Below are positions 38,539 to 52,200 of a stretch of 64,000 bases of DNA, piece by piece; positions within the stretch are counted from its first letter, which is position 1; each line of letters begins with the position of its first letter. Under the pieces are notes generated by a model. That model had not been told where the DNA came from. It made no database searches and worked only from the letters and a program-made list of their open reading frames with translations. The DNA comes from Fimbriosthenelais zetlandica (Eukaryota). The position numbers were made by a program, and so were the translations under genes. The DNA lies in the NCBI GenBank assembly GCA_977030845.1, contig OZ365111.1, forward strand, positions 23,622,001 through 23,686,000, given 5' to 3'.

Positions 38539-38637
38539 GCAGTCAGTGGCCGAATGGTTAAAGAGATGAACTCTCAATACGAGGGGCATGTCAAACTAGC
38601 TTCGAGTCCTGCCATGTTCCGCGTTTTCGCTTTTTTT
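38539..38637 (+). pseudogene. tRNA-Ser-like pseudogene or SINE head
   Basis: GCAGTCAGTGGCCGAATGGTTAAAGAGATGAAC...GCTTCGAGTCCTGCC resembles the eukaryotic tRNA-Ser 5' and T-arm sequence, followed by a T7 run; acceptor and anticodon stems do not pair cleanly. Confidence 0.6.
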
Positions 38638-39163
38638 CCAACTGCTTATTTATTCTAACTCCCTTACTTGTATATTGTAAGGTGCCATTTAGAGTAGTAC
38701 AAGAACATGGGTTCGAATCCCAACAAGGTCATAATTTTTCTCTTTCAAACCAATTCCCCTCTTCTAACTCCCAAGCACGTTTTTTCACCTAAAGTGAGCC
38801 CCAGACCAACATCTAATTCAGGTAATATATTTCGAGAGAAAAAACCTTACGTTTAGGCCTACTATGTTCATCTAGGTTAAAATCTCCTATCAACATGATT
38901 TTGCTCATTAGTAAATAATTCATCTCCTCCATTAAACTATATATTCATAAGACTATAAAGTTATTCTGGAAGTGTTTGATGGGCCACATCATCGGCCTTG
39001 TTTGCATTAGAAACATAATGGACCGGTGCTACACGTTTGGTGCAACTGTCTGAAGGTCATGAAGTACAAGGAATGGAAAGCATTTCAATATAGCCCTTCC
39101 CTCATTGGCGGCTCTGACACCTACACATCTGCTTTCCTAGACTTCAGGAAATGTTTAGCATAG

Positions 39164-39218
39164 ATTGCAATGGTATTGCAATGGTATTACAATGGTATTG
39201 CAATGGTATTACAATGGA
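39164..39218. repeat. 11-bp tandem repeat x5
   Basis: ATTRCAATGGT units. Confidence 0.9.
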
Positions 39219-40680
39219 ATGCATGACATGCAGGGTGCAGTGTCATGTCCCTGCAACGTTTGAGCCATGATCTTTGGTTTCACAGGTTTCTATATAGATT
39301 CGCAGTCACTTTTATTGGGACCTAGCTTCTCGGACTGTATGTACGGACTATATAATCGCTTCTTTTGCTCAAGGTACAAAAATGTTCTAATGAAATAAAG
39401 CTTATTAAAAATTGCAGTTTGATCAATGAGATCTTATCGCCCTTTACAGTATAAGACACACCCTGGGGGTCCCACCCAAGTGCATCATCATCATAATACA
39501 GTCCACGAGACCACTGGAATTGTATCAGTTCATTGCATCTATATATAATGACAGACACTTAAAGCTTGGTCACGCACTAATATACCATAAGATCAACATC
39601 ACTGCTATGTTTACACTGTCAATCAAAACATCCTAACCTCAAGCTACTTCATAAAAGTCATGAGAAAACCACAAATGGAACGGACTCCGAGTCACTTGTG
39701 AAATGTGGGGCGGCGGCGGCGGTGTCAAGCGAAATGGGAGCATGAAAACTTCCGTTCCAACTTCCAGGGACTGGTACATTGAAGTACCGATAGAAGCATT
39801 CAGATGGATAAATTCTTTATACGTGATTTAAATTTCTTTTAAATGTGTACAAGGGATATCTTCAAGATATGGCTTTTACCAAAAGGCATGAAAACGTTTT
39901 TTTTCAATGGTGGGTTCATACCAGTGGTGGCAGGTCTAACTACCTGGGCTGGGGATTCAAATTAAGATTTTCCGTCAGGGGTGGGGATTTTTTTTAGACC
40001 CCCATATTTTGGGATTTTGATTAGATGATTATTAGTGAACTAATAATTCTTAGGACACCTGGGGATTCAGACTTAAGATTTTGGTTTAAACCCCCACATG
40101 AGCCTGGGGGAGGTGGAGGACACATTGAGTGGTGAACATGAGAGAACATGGGGATTTAAAAAATGTATATATTAACAATCAAGTAAGAAACAAAAGAAAA
40201 ATAATGCAAGCGGAACATTCTTCTTCTTGATTTTGGACATAGGAGCTACATTAATACAACTTATCAACGTCATTTATAAATATATTTCTCCCCAATGACA
40301 AGTGCGTGTTTGGGCAGATTTGGTTGATATTGTTCTGAAAAATATCAATCTAATAAAAATACAATTTTTTACAATTCTGTTCTATATTAGGCATAGGAGT
40401 GTGTATATAATTATATTGGCGTCCATACAACACACAGGGGGTATACATGTAACCTGTCTTGAGATTGACATAGATGTTTTGTGACCCTCCTCCTCCATCG
40501 CTCCCTATTATACATGTTGACCCTACATATGATGTCTCCTGTAGGTTGGTTTGATGACTCTGTTAGAAGCTGGCGTGTTTATTGTTGGTTAGCCTCCGGG
40601 TTGGGGTCACCAAGTGTTGCCAGGTGTGCCCACTCCTGCTGCTCATATGCACATGGGTGTGGCCTCACCTATCCCAGCCA

Positions 40681-40701
40681 GTCTCTCTCTCTCATTCTCC
40701 T

Positions 40702-40738
<37 letters not shown>

Positions 40739-40752
40739 CTTTCTCTCTCTCC
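40681..40752. repeat. (CT)n / (CTTT)n microsatellite
   Basis: Direct reading. Confidence 0.9.
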
Positions 40753-41553
40753 TACGGGTCATTCTCTTTTATTCTCCATGGATCCTTCATCCCCTTCTAT
40801 CTGGCTATCTCATTCCCTCATTCCCTCTAGATCCCTTGCTCCCTCCCTTTCGACGTCCCCCTCTGTTGGAATCCCTAGTTTTCCTTCACAATTTTTTGTC
40901 GATCTGCCCTTCCTGAATTGGTATACATGTATATAGGGTAGGTCTAGAACGACTCGTTTCATTCTATATGACCAATGGTCAGCTTACTTCCATGTATGTT
41001 TTTCCACGTCTTTCCATATTGAAAGGAAATTAGCACCCCTACCCCACTTTCACTGAGTAAAGCACATGACTGGTTCTTTCCCACCAAGCTCCAATCAACC
41101 CATTCATACAAACCATGAAAGGGAGAAAATAAATACAACCTTTGAGAGCAATATACCCCCAATCCATTATAACACCCCTCCCTTCACAAAAGGAAGATTC
41201 GGTATTGAAAAGCATTGCCATATGGGCCAAAGTATACACCATAGCCTTTGCAAGTTGAGAGGGTTGAGAGAGGCATTAGATCAAGACCCTCCGCTATTAT
41301 AGTTGAAGATGGTCCCTCGAGGGTGTGTGTGTGTTTGTATTGTATTCAATACATTCAGATGAAATGGGACTTATTTTACCCGCCACAAGGCATCATATAT
41401 ACCTCTCTTTCTCTGTGTATTTTCTGTGTCTATTGGTGTGTTCCTACCCCTGGGGTGGTATCACAATTGTGCAATGAAATGACAGGTAGCTTAAAGCGGC
41501 TCTATCACTGCGATCTATCCACAGTTTTTAGTTCATCATTGCTCAAAATCACC

Positions 41554-41940
41554 TAAAGCCCGACATCCACCAGCCCAATTTTCATCCCGATTTTGCGATC
41601 TTAAGCGATCACAGGCGATCGGGACCCAATAAACAGATGATCGGGCTGGTGGATGCCAAAATCTTGGGATCGGCGATCCCTAAACTGATCTTTTCCAAAG
41701 CCAACGCCGAACCTAGAATCTAGATTAAATAGTATGAATCTAGACCAAAGTGACCTAGATCAAGCCAAAGTGTTACTGCAGCTCATTGCTGTTCGGTGAT
41801 AGCGCTGCTTTAAACTAAATCCCCCTCTAACAGATTGCCGGGTCTATACAATTTGCTGATGTTCAAATCTACATTGTGAAAATCGGAAAAATCTGACCAT
41901 CGGTTGGCATCTGTCGGCTTGGTGAGTGAGGACCTTTAAA
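41554..41940. mobile_element. Degenerate MITE-like element with CGATC sub-repeats
   Basis: TAAAGCCC... and ...GGACCTTTAA ends; internal 13-bp inverted repeat CATCCACCAGCCC / GGGCTGGTGGATG. Confidence 0.4.
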
Positions 41941-44900
41941 ATGGACTTTGGAGGTGTCATATTTCCATTCAGTATGGTCACAAATCATTAGAATGATTGA
42001 CTGTGCCCTCAGGCCTCAAACTCAGCTCCTGTATCCCTTTAGACAACATCATGACCCCTTCTATTTTTTCCCAGGGTTGTTGTTGTAAATATGCATTGGT
42101 CACTTTATCATTAGGTCGTCAAATGACCATTGCCTTTGACCATTAGAGCCTCGGATTTTCCCTGAGGCCATGACCTTTTTGTAGTTATTGCCCAGGTGTG
42201 TTGCATTTTGGGTAGGTGAGGGAAAAGGAGGAGGGTGAGTTTGGGAGGGTGAAGGGGTTGGTGTCAAGGAAGTATGTGGAAGTAGTAGTCCCAAATGGGC
42301 AGTGGAATCCGTTTTGGAAAAAAAATTATGACTTTTGTAATGGTCCTCCTGCAAATTGCACAGTTTAAAAGAAAATGTTTGAATAATTAATAATTAAGAA
42401 ACAAGGGAAAGCCTAAACATAAACATAAACATAAATTATGGGAAACAATGGGTGCTGATAGACAATAAATCAGTTACATATATTTTCTGCCAGGCCTTCC
42501 AATTAATCTTTAGCCATGGCCAAACAGGAAAAAATGAGAGATGGGCAAATATTTATCAGGACTCCAAGCTGGCATTGCCAAATAGTAAAGCCTGAGGTGA
42601 GAACCCAATTTAATTCCCATTTAAAAAACAAAAACTATAATTTCACAATGAAATTATAATTTACTTGTCTAAAAATTGATTTCACCTCTGCGTACATATA
42701 AATTATACACTACCAATTAGTTTGATTTGATCCATCGCATCTTATCGATATTATTACATTCAATATACCCCGTGGTATTTTGGATTGTTTGTTTAGTGAT
42801 GTAAAAATGTACACAATTTGAATTTGTCTTGAATCACAGCCAAGAGATGGTAATGATGTAGTCATTTCATTCACATAGCTTTAGGCAGTCCTCTCCTCTC
42901 CGCCCCACCCTACCCCCACCCCTCCAAACCTATTTGGCCCTTTGCCCTACCGCAAGGTACAAAACATATCAAATTTTCCAGTTTTCATTTACGAACCAAT
43001 CGATAACCAAACTACAGGCCTTTCATCGAGGCTATTTATACCTCTCGATTTTTACAAATCTCTCCAGGTCGTCCTAACAAGTGGGTGAGTGGAAGGGGAA
43101 AACAATATACTGGAAGCCTCGTACCTAATGGAGTTCTACTTGAGAAAAAATGTTGATAAATGTGGTGGAAATAAGATTCCATCAATAGGTAGCCTAGCCT
43201 ATACATTCAAAGGAAGGTTGAAGTGCCAAAGAGTTATTTTGATCGCATAATTGCATAGTTCATGGCATGTTTCTATTTGCTTTGATCTAAAACACACTTC
43301 ATCATTTAAATCTAACTGTAATTTAAAACAGTCTTTTCCTTATTTGTGAATCCGTCCTATCAGTGCATCAAATCCACTTGTGGATGCAGGAAGAAACCAT
43401 GGTCAAAACCACACCAATACAAGTGGCGACCACAAACCAACATTCCACTACAAGGTCGGAACCTAACACGATTTAAGCATTGCTTAAATTCCTCTCATTC
43501 AATGATCAAGTCCGAAGACAAAAACGGGGAACTTTATGTACCTATAGGCGCCAGAGGTAAATTAGAGCCACCCACGATGTTAAAATTAGACCTACAATGG
43601 AAGGTTCTCACTTCAGCTGCCCAATCTGGACAGTATCCGATAGATTTTAGACCTAGAACCCAGTATGGGCCTTCTACTGACAATTTTTATTTTAGACAGA
43701 GGCATCCGACGGCGTACATAAGCCTACATGAGAATTCAGTGCGTGTGACATTGTCGTTATAAGGTTTATTTCACGACATCTTCCGTTTTGTGGCAGGTCT
43801 TTTCCTGTGTTTGTGGTCACGGTTGACGCAGATGTAATCAGCAATAAAAATATAACCTTCTCTTGTTTCTTACAGGCTGATTCATTTCAAGATGGATTCA
43901 TTTATCCCATGATTTTCAAGCATAGGCCCTACTTATCTTAAAAATGTTGTCCTCACAAACAAAATCCGACTGAAGACAAACGTTTGGCATCAAATAAAAG
44001 AAGTCTGTTAGTAGCCTAACACCCCACTCCCCACTTTCACAGATCTTGACCCCTGGCCCCCCTCCCCATCATTACTAAAATCCTGAACCAACCCCTGAAT
44101 GACCATAATTTGCATTTTACAGATAATCTCAAAAACAAACGAAATCAGGTCAACCTAGATAATAGGTAAAATTTTACTAACTTTCTTTCTGTTTGTCGGC
44201 CGTAAAATAGAGACAGAGAAAGACGATTTTTATAGATCCTTTTCTGTACTTGAAGACCTTTGAGTTTTTGGCATTCGGGTTGCCCTATTCCAAACAAAAC
44301 ATGGGTTTCACAGTTTATGGGTGTGGATCGATGAGAGCAAGACGTAGTTGACAGGACTGGGTTGTGCGGTGTGGGAAGCAGGGACACCCACCCAGGAACC
44401 TCCCAAGTGACCATGCGGGGGTGTCAAAGTCACGAACAAAATTAGGCGAATCCACCATCGGAGTGCCAAACCCTTTTCGGCGCAATCAGGCTGCTATGAT
44501 ATCATGATACCACAACAAATACTTCTGGGATGACAATACAATTCCGAAAGTACAAAAACTTGGTATTATGCCCCAAAGATGAAAGGTTTCAGAATTCCAT
44601 GCCTCAAATATTCGGTGCGGATGCCGAACATGTGGCCACATGCTCCAATTTGTCTGTCATTTGATGCATGAGCTTTGGTTTTATTCATGGTTTGGGGGGA
44701 AAACTTGACAAGAGAAAAAATATAGTGGGAGAACTCTCGCATGATTCATTATATGACCTTTAAGATGAACGTTGGCAAGCAATCAAAACGAGTATTTTAG
44801 CACCAAGCTAAAGGTGATTTATATGAAGGGAGTTTGTCCTTTGTGGTGGAAATCAATCAAATGGAAATTGGAATCAAAAAGGAGGAATGGGAGGCTCTTT

Positions 44901-45644
44901 TTTTAATAACGCTTGTCCAGTCACTGTCAGCAATAAGCCTTTCCTTTTCCAACAGGGTTATCTTTTTGTTCTATTAGGTTTAACAGATAATTTTTATCTC
45001 AAATAATTAGTTCTTTAAGTGGTTCCAGAACATTATAAGATAAAAAAAATGGACTGGGTGCAATCCTAGGACTGTATCCATGCAAACTGCATTGGTTCAA
45101 TATCCAGGCGATTCAACATACATTATATGATTGGACTCAATCTATAGGAGACTGGGCTCAATCTAAGGCTTGACCCAACCTGTGGGCCTACTCAGCCTGC
45201 TGGGAAAGGCAAAGTACACGGTATCATTACATGGAAAATATAACTGCACTGGAGACAATTCTCCTGAATATAACATAAATTTAAATACTCTTGAACCAAA
45301 AAAAATGTGGAGAAAGATTGAAAACATGGACATATAGGCATAAACTTTATAATTGGTCCTGGTTCTTCTGTTCTGACTTCAGGAACTAACAATCCATTTA
45401 CAGAGCATAAAAGAAAGAGCTCGAGGATCTGCTATTTCTTTCCAAAAACTACATGATCAATGATCATTGTTCATTTGAAAGGTGCTTGAAAAATAGGAAT
45501 CGTGCACCAGGGGGCAGAATTTATTGTTGGCCCAGGAAGGGAGAACTAATTGGAGTCGAAATGTCAAAAGGATGTTTGTGCAAAACAGAATTTATCATCG
45601 TTGAGATGGTTGGATATACAGGAAAAAATCTGTATGCCAGAGGC

Positions 45645-45663
45645 GAGAGACGGAGGGAGGAGG

Positions 45664-45703
<40 letters not shown>

Positions 45704-45848
45704 GAGAGAAGAGAGAGAGGGAGTTATAGGGGGGGGGGAGAGGAGGGAGGGAGCGAGGGAGGGAGGGAGGGAGGGAGGGAGGGAGGGAGGGAGGGAGGAG
45801 CGACCAGAGGGGAGTGAGAAAGAGTTTTTTGGAGGAAGTAGAGAGGGA
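45645..45848. repeat. (GA)n plus (GGGA)n microsatellite tract
   Basis: Direct reading. Confidence 0.95.
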
Positions 45849-48800
45849 AATAGATTCTGCGGGGATCGAATGTGATTGAAGACTATAATGCAGGTATATC
45901 AAATTAAGTCTTTGGTCAATTTGACATTGACCAAAGTTGGTGATAATTTACTGTAATTTGGCCTCTATAGATATCCTATGGACATTTTACAGAATAGTCC
46001 TGTAATCAGTGAATTCCCAGAGAGATCATGTATTTCATTTTACAGTTCTTATAAATTTTATAAAACATTTATAGGAGCATCAACTTGCCATTTTCCGTTT
46101 AATATTGCCTCAAACCAGGCTTAGTAGAGTCTCTATGTAGGAGTTGAACAAATGTTCTTGAACATGAGGCGCAGTTCACAGATAACGTGTATTTATCAAT
46201 TGTACCTATTATTGACATTACCCCTCGCCCCATCTGACAAATAGAGGAGACATTATAGGGTAATTTCCATCCCCTATTGGCCCCGGGGACTTTAACTTCT
46301 GTCCCGCAGACACTGTCTATGATGTCAACAGGGTCTGGAGTATAGTTATATTATCTAATGAATAAAAAATTATAATTTTATAATGGGTTCAAAATGGGGG
46401 TATATGTTCATGCATTTGATTTTAGATCAGAATGATCGATTCACATAGTCCAACTCGATCGCTTACGTCAAGGAGTTTGGATCAATTGCTAAAAGACAAA
46501 TCAAATTACTTTCCAAAGGTGGCGATGGATCGCATTTTCAACTGTTCCGGATTTAGACAGTATTATCTGGTGCTGATGGGAAACAAGCCGGAACTTGATG
46601 GTGAGTTGGTTTCCGTCGTCTGCTTTCATGTGACGTCATTATATAAATCTTGAGAATGGCGCCGGCCTCGTGTAAACTGACCTTTGCTTGATAAACGGGC
46701 CGCCGATTAAACCGGAACTTTTGGGGCCTGTTTCATAACAAAACAACTGGCAAGTCTGCGCATCTTGCGCGTCCCTGGTTTCTGATCTCATGTATCTCAC
46801 GATCCCTTCCCCCACCGATCTTCCTCCTCTCTCCTGTCCCCTCCCCTCTGAGTGTCCTCCCCCCGCATCCCTCTCTCCTCTCTGCCCTCCTCTCTCTTTC
46901 TCATGAATACTATAACACCTAAATATTAATACAGTAGGCTAATTGAAACCACAAAAACACATTATTAATTTTGTTTCTGCAGGAGACTGGCGCCTTTCTG
47001 CGACAGAACAGACTTTTTTTGCGGCAGATCAGACCTTTTCTGGCCTTTTTTCAGGAGACTAGACCCTATAGATCTGCACTTTCTGTATAGAAGAAATGCA
47101 GGGTTCCTTCGTGTTGGGACAAGAGTTGTCTGGGGGTCAGCCCTTGGAACATCAGACCTTGAGTTTTCTGCAATATCTGCATGTCTGGAAACTAGGCCAT
47201 TTTCGACATTTCTGCATGCAGGAGACTGGATCCTACTTCGTTCCTTCGTGTTAGCCCCAGCTGCTGACCCTTGGCGTATTATGTAATTTTATTGACAGAA
47301 GAAAATATCAATGTTTGTTTTGGGCTTTGTCGCGGTGTTGCACCTCACAAAAGGACGAGAAAGGGAACTTTCCCGTTCACAATCTTGTCTTTAAATAACA
47401 AAAATGACTAAATAACTAGCCAACAATAATATAATGAACACCCATTATTATATATAATCATGGGTTCAGAGAAACCATCTTTCTGACTTAATCTAAACAT
47501 TTTGACGTATCACCACCATCGTGGGTTCCTTTTCAGCCTCAAGTTTTCCCAGATTAGCCCGCCTTCGGCTTTACACAAAAATCCTCGATGGGCTTTCCTC
47601 GTGGGTTCCCCTCGTGATAAAAACAAGATGGATTGCCACAGAGACCATGCATCAGTCCCTCCGTAGATAAATGGTTTACCCGATTGGGCTAAATCTGCTT
47701 GTGCCTCACCCGATCTTGTAAGCTCGTAGAGGGAAGCTTTGATCTTGTGGTTTATACGAGCGGCCGTATCTCGCCAAAGAAATTCACAGAATGATATCAT
47801 TCAATACTCGGGGATAGGAGCTTATCGGCGGTGATTTAGGGTGTCTATCGTTGTAAAACACGGCCTCCTGAATGTCGTAGAAAAAAGAGTTTTTATCCGT
47901 TTGCTAGTAAAATCTATCTTTTGTAGTTTATCTTTGAAAAAGGTCATTTGTCTATTATAATGGTTTCATAGGATGGTTCACCGAAATTAGTACCTTGTTG
48001 TCTGTATACATATCTGTAGGCTGCAACATTTTATAGCAGAAAATCGTTTACGATTGCCATAAATATGGTTCCTTCTAAATAATAAGCAAATCCGTAAGAG
48101 TTTTAAGGGTTTTCTTGACGTATACGCTGGCCGTACATGGACCGACAATATTGTACTAATTAAAGACAACTGAGGGCAATTGTTCAAACCGTATACGTCC
48201 CGTGGATATAATACGGTTTTAATAAGGAAATGGCATTCATACATCTTCTAAATTATGAGAAAGGGGAATGAAAAACTGAACCAAAACCAAAGACCGAATC
48301 AAAATCCGAAATTATTTGTCCAAATACCAGGCGAAAATGCAAGAAAAATGTACCAATGTACTTTTCTTTACAAAAAAAGACCACAAACACCAAATTAAAG
48401 AGAACAAGAAGTGGAATGTGACAATGAGAGGTTCTGTTTAAAGTAGCTAGCAAAAATGCAAGAAAGGTTTACAGAATAGATAGCTTTTTCCTATAGAAAT
48501 ACGAGGGGAAAGACAAATTGAAGAGGAAAAGAAGTGGTATGTGACATTGAGGGTTTTTGTCTAAACTGGCCTCTCAGCCACCCACGGGCGTGGAATGTGT
48601 GGATGGGTGGCTGTATAGCAGCAAACAAATCCGCTCTACCCAACACCTGGAATAAGATGCAGGCCAATCCTCCTGAAAGTTGTTGTGAATACACAGAGAG
48701 GTCTCGCTATCGCCAACCTGGAGGCCAATTGAATAAAGCTGTATTGGCTGATCAAGGGGCTGGGTGGTTGAGAAAAAGCACGAAGAAGAAACGGCAATAG

Positions 48801-49149
48801 TTTAGATTGTTTAGATTGTTTATAATTAAAATCCGAATCGATCCTTTCAATGAATATCTAAAATATTGTCACTAAAATATTTCCACTGGTATCCTTGGAA
48901 TTCTGTTCAGAAATAGTTTACCTTCATCAATAATTTCCCTTTATGTAAATGCCCCTAAGCCTGGGATTTTGATCAAAGTTCTCTATTTCCGTTAATATCC
49001 GTAAATGAAGACACCACTATGAGTGTTCAATTGGCAAGATTGCATATTATTAAAAAGAATAGTGGTATCATAATACTAAAGAATATAAGTATAATGGGAT
49101 CCTATACACGAGTGCTTGACACAGCAGTAAATAATAAGGCAAATTCCTC

Positions 49150-49250
49150 ATGGCGAGGCAGAACAAGGGAGCTATCGGGTTCAAAAGAGAACCAGATCGT
49201 TTGTACACTTCTTGCCTCTGTCACCGACACTTCACCTCCGGAGAAAACAT
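49150..49250 (+). pseudogene. Possible decayed THAP zinc-finger fragment (transposon-derived)
   Basis: AIGFKREPDRLYTSCLCHRHFTSGE resembles the C-terminal CxxHF half of THAP, but the N-terminal CxxxxC and conserved Trp are missing. Confidence 0.2.
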
Positions 49251-52200
49251 GGTGCGGTTTATGATGAGGATAAAATTATTAAGAAAACAATGGTTTAGAA
49301 CCGATGTCTCTAAAAATGATATAAGTGAGACATGGGTGTGGCGTTAAGTCAGTGTTGTTTAATAACTTCCCATCTACATCATTTTCTATATGCCCTATGT
49401 ATCGCATATTTCTGATGTATTTCAAATAATATTTCTTGATCTCTTTGATTTCAATGGGATTTCTTTTCTTCACTCTTCAATAGATTTTTATCTCTAGGGT
49501 GTGGTCCCTGCGCATGATTCAGAATGAAAAGGGATATGTTTGAAGATGTTTAAAAGTACTTCAGTTGGAGTATTTCACTGGGAAGTACTTGAAAAGGCAG
49601 GTAAAAAAACTGATTTGGGATGGGGGGAATTTATATCGAGATGGATGCAACTATAAGGTATGCTAAACCAAGGAGTATTTTCGAACTAAATGAATGATAC
49701 TTGAGTAATTGTCATCGAACAGTTTAGAGATCTTTGCATACCAATCGAGGAGCCTCTCACATAATTGTAAATTATGCAGAATACTTCAGCTATTTGTCCT
49801 TTAAAAGCAGTCAAAGGGGTCAGAAGTTAAAAGAGGGTATTTAACTTCTGAAATGATCGGAAATTAATATTTATTTTCCCCAATTATCATCCTAGCTGAA
49901 TGCAAGCATAATCAAAGGAAGCACAACAAGCTCTTTGATCTGGTAGGGAAAGAAATAAAAATTATGAATATTTAAAACAAATAAAAGATTGATAGGGCGA
50001 TAATAGGGGGATTTCCTATTGTCCTGTGCATTTCGAGCTGCAATGAAATTAGGATATCGATGGCTTGAAGAATAACAAAAGGTCAAAGGCTGTGATTTTA
50101 GTACAAGCATGGTTCAATGCACACCAGGACCCACATTTATTTGTCCAATCATATCACACGTAACAAAAGATGGCGAGGGTAATGATAGGGCCGCACAAGC
50201 ATGAAAGGTCCCGTGTGATTGGTCAGCGGGCATGCTGTGGCACGCATGCGCATTTGTAAGGGTCAAAGTGAGTACAACGGGGCTTTTTCTGAACGGCGGT
50301 TTTGTTTCTGTTGTGAATGGAAATGAAATAGAGCGGGATAAACAGCAACAACGGAATTGATTAGATGTTGCTGCTTCCAAGATGCATGAAACCTATACTT
50401 CATTATTCAAAATCAATGATTATTCATTTAATTGACTGAAATGTTCATTCTTCAAAGAATAAAATGCATCTTTGATATTTAAAAAGGCCTACTGATATTT
50501 AAATGGGCCATTTTGATATAGGAGGGTTTTTAAGAACTGATCTAAAAATTCAGGGGCAATTTGCATAGTATCATTTGGGAATGAACCTTTCCTTTATAAA
50601 TTGTATGAATTGCCACCAAAATTTACAGGTGGTGGTGGAAAAAGCAAAGGTTTCCCATGTCATTTTAGTGGCTGGGGTTTTGACAGAAAACAGACGTGCT
50701 CCACTATTGTATTCCATGATCAGCCAAGTGGAGCTGAATAGAGAGGATAATCAAAATAATGATAGGACCTGCCATGTCGTGCTACAGTCACCAACAATAG
50801 TTAATTTCGGGATTTTTTTGTACATTGATCTTTTGAAGTCGGTGTCAGACTCATAAGCATGCTATTTGAATTTTGAAAATGGAATGTTCAATCAATTATA
50901 TTTAGCCATTTTGATGACTGACAACCCTTTCATTTATTTTATCTGAATACAACTTTTTGTGGTTTCCCACAGAATTAAATTCTTCCAAATTGATATATAA
51001 AATGATCTTAGAGAAAACTTCAATGTAGATTCTATCAATGACAAAACACTGAAGAAGGCTTTTTCAAAAACATTTTGTAAGTGTCAAGGTCTAAAGATTT
51101 AGGTCCCCATGTAATTCTGACAACGATTTTATAATTAATGGTTCTATGGACATATTTCAGCAAGTTAAAGTACTCGGGAAATGGTATGATTTCTGCTGGA
51201 ATCTGAGGAATATGTGGTGAGGACAAACCCAATACAAGGTGTGACACGTGCAGTAAATTAACCTCAGATAACTTGGTCAGACCTAAAATAAGCCTGCTCC
51301 GCCCATAAGCCCAGACATCCCAGGGGTTTTGGACGGTCTGTGCTATCTCCCAAAGTTTATATGAAAATATTATGGTACACGAATCAGAATAGGTTAAAGG
51401 CTTCTAAATGATTTTCGGGAATCTCTTAAATCTGCAAGCAAACAAGATGGGTTGGGTCCGTATTCATTCTAAGTAATATGTGATGTTGCTAAATTTGTGA
51501 AAATATTTGATAATAGGCCTGTGTAAAAATAGCATTCAATTCACAACATTTTAGGCAATCATTTTTTGTTGTCACACAATTGAGTTTACCTACTTAAAAC
51601 ATTGGGGTAGGTGGTGGGGAAAAGACAGATCTATTTAAATTCAAGGTACTGGCTCTTTGAGGGTTATAATTCAAAGAACCAGCATACCGGTCTAAAATCC
51701 GCTTTCAAATTAACATTAAGAATTCTTAAAATGCCTTCTGAATCATTCAAATTAATTTCAACCCTGATTGAGACCGAACTTCCGTCTGAGAATAATATCA
51801 ACCAAAACATCAACAACGAACTGATGAAGTTCCCCCGTGCAGAATGGCTCGAGCTCCTATTGCTGCCAGACCCACTGAATCCCAAAAGAACATAGTCTTT
51901 CCACCCATACACAGAGGCAATCGGCTTTCCCGGGGGCAATCCGAGGTCGCAATAGAGAAGCATTTCTTTGCTTGTTTAATCAAAGTCATCTCGTTCGTAT
52001 GATTCTCACTGAATAGCCAATAATGCTTCTCACGTCCGATAGAGGATTCCCCGACTATTGTATCAGCCATGGCTATTCAGTCACGATGGAGCAGCGTCTC
52101 TGACTCGCGTGTGTACCCCAGAGGGTACAAGGACCTTTTTAACAGCTCCCAATAGGGCAGATGTGATACAAGCTCGGGCCAGCAGCCTACCTCCTATAGC

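Noticed and set aside
43346-43762. 138-aa plus-strand ORF
   Set aside because: GTG start, no recognisable domain and no convincing splice boundaries.
51664-51963. APE-endonuclease-like motifs (IASVY, VLLG, RGNFISSLL...SDGS)
   Set aside because: Motif spacing is far too short, the catalytic GDFN is absent, and no RT follows.
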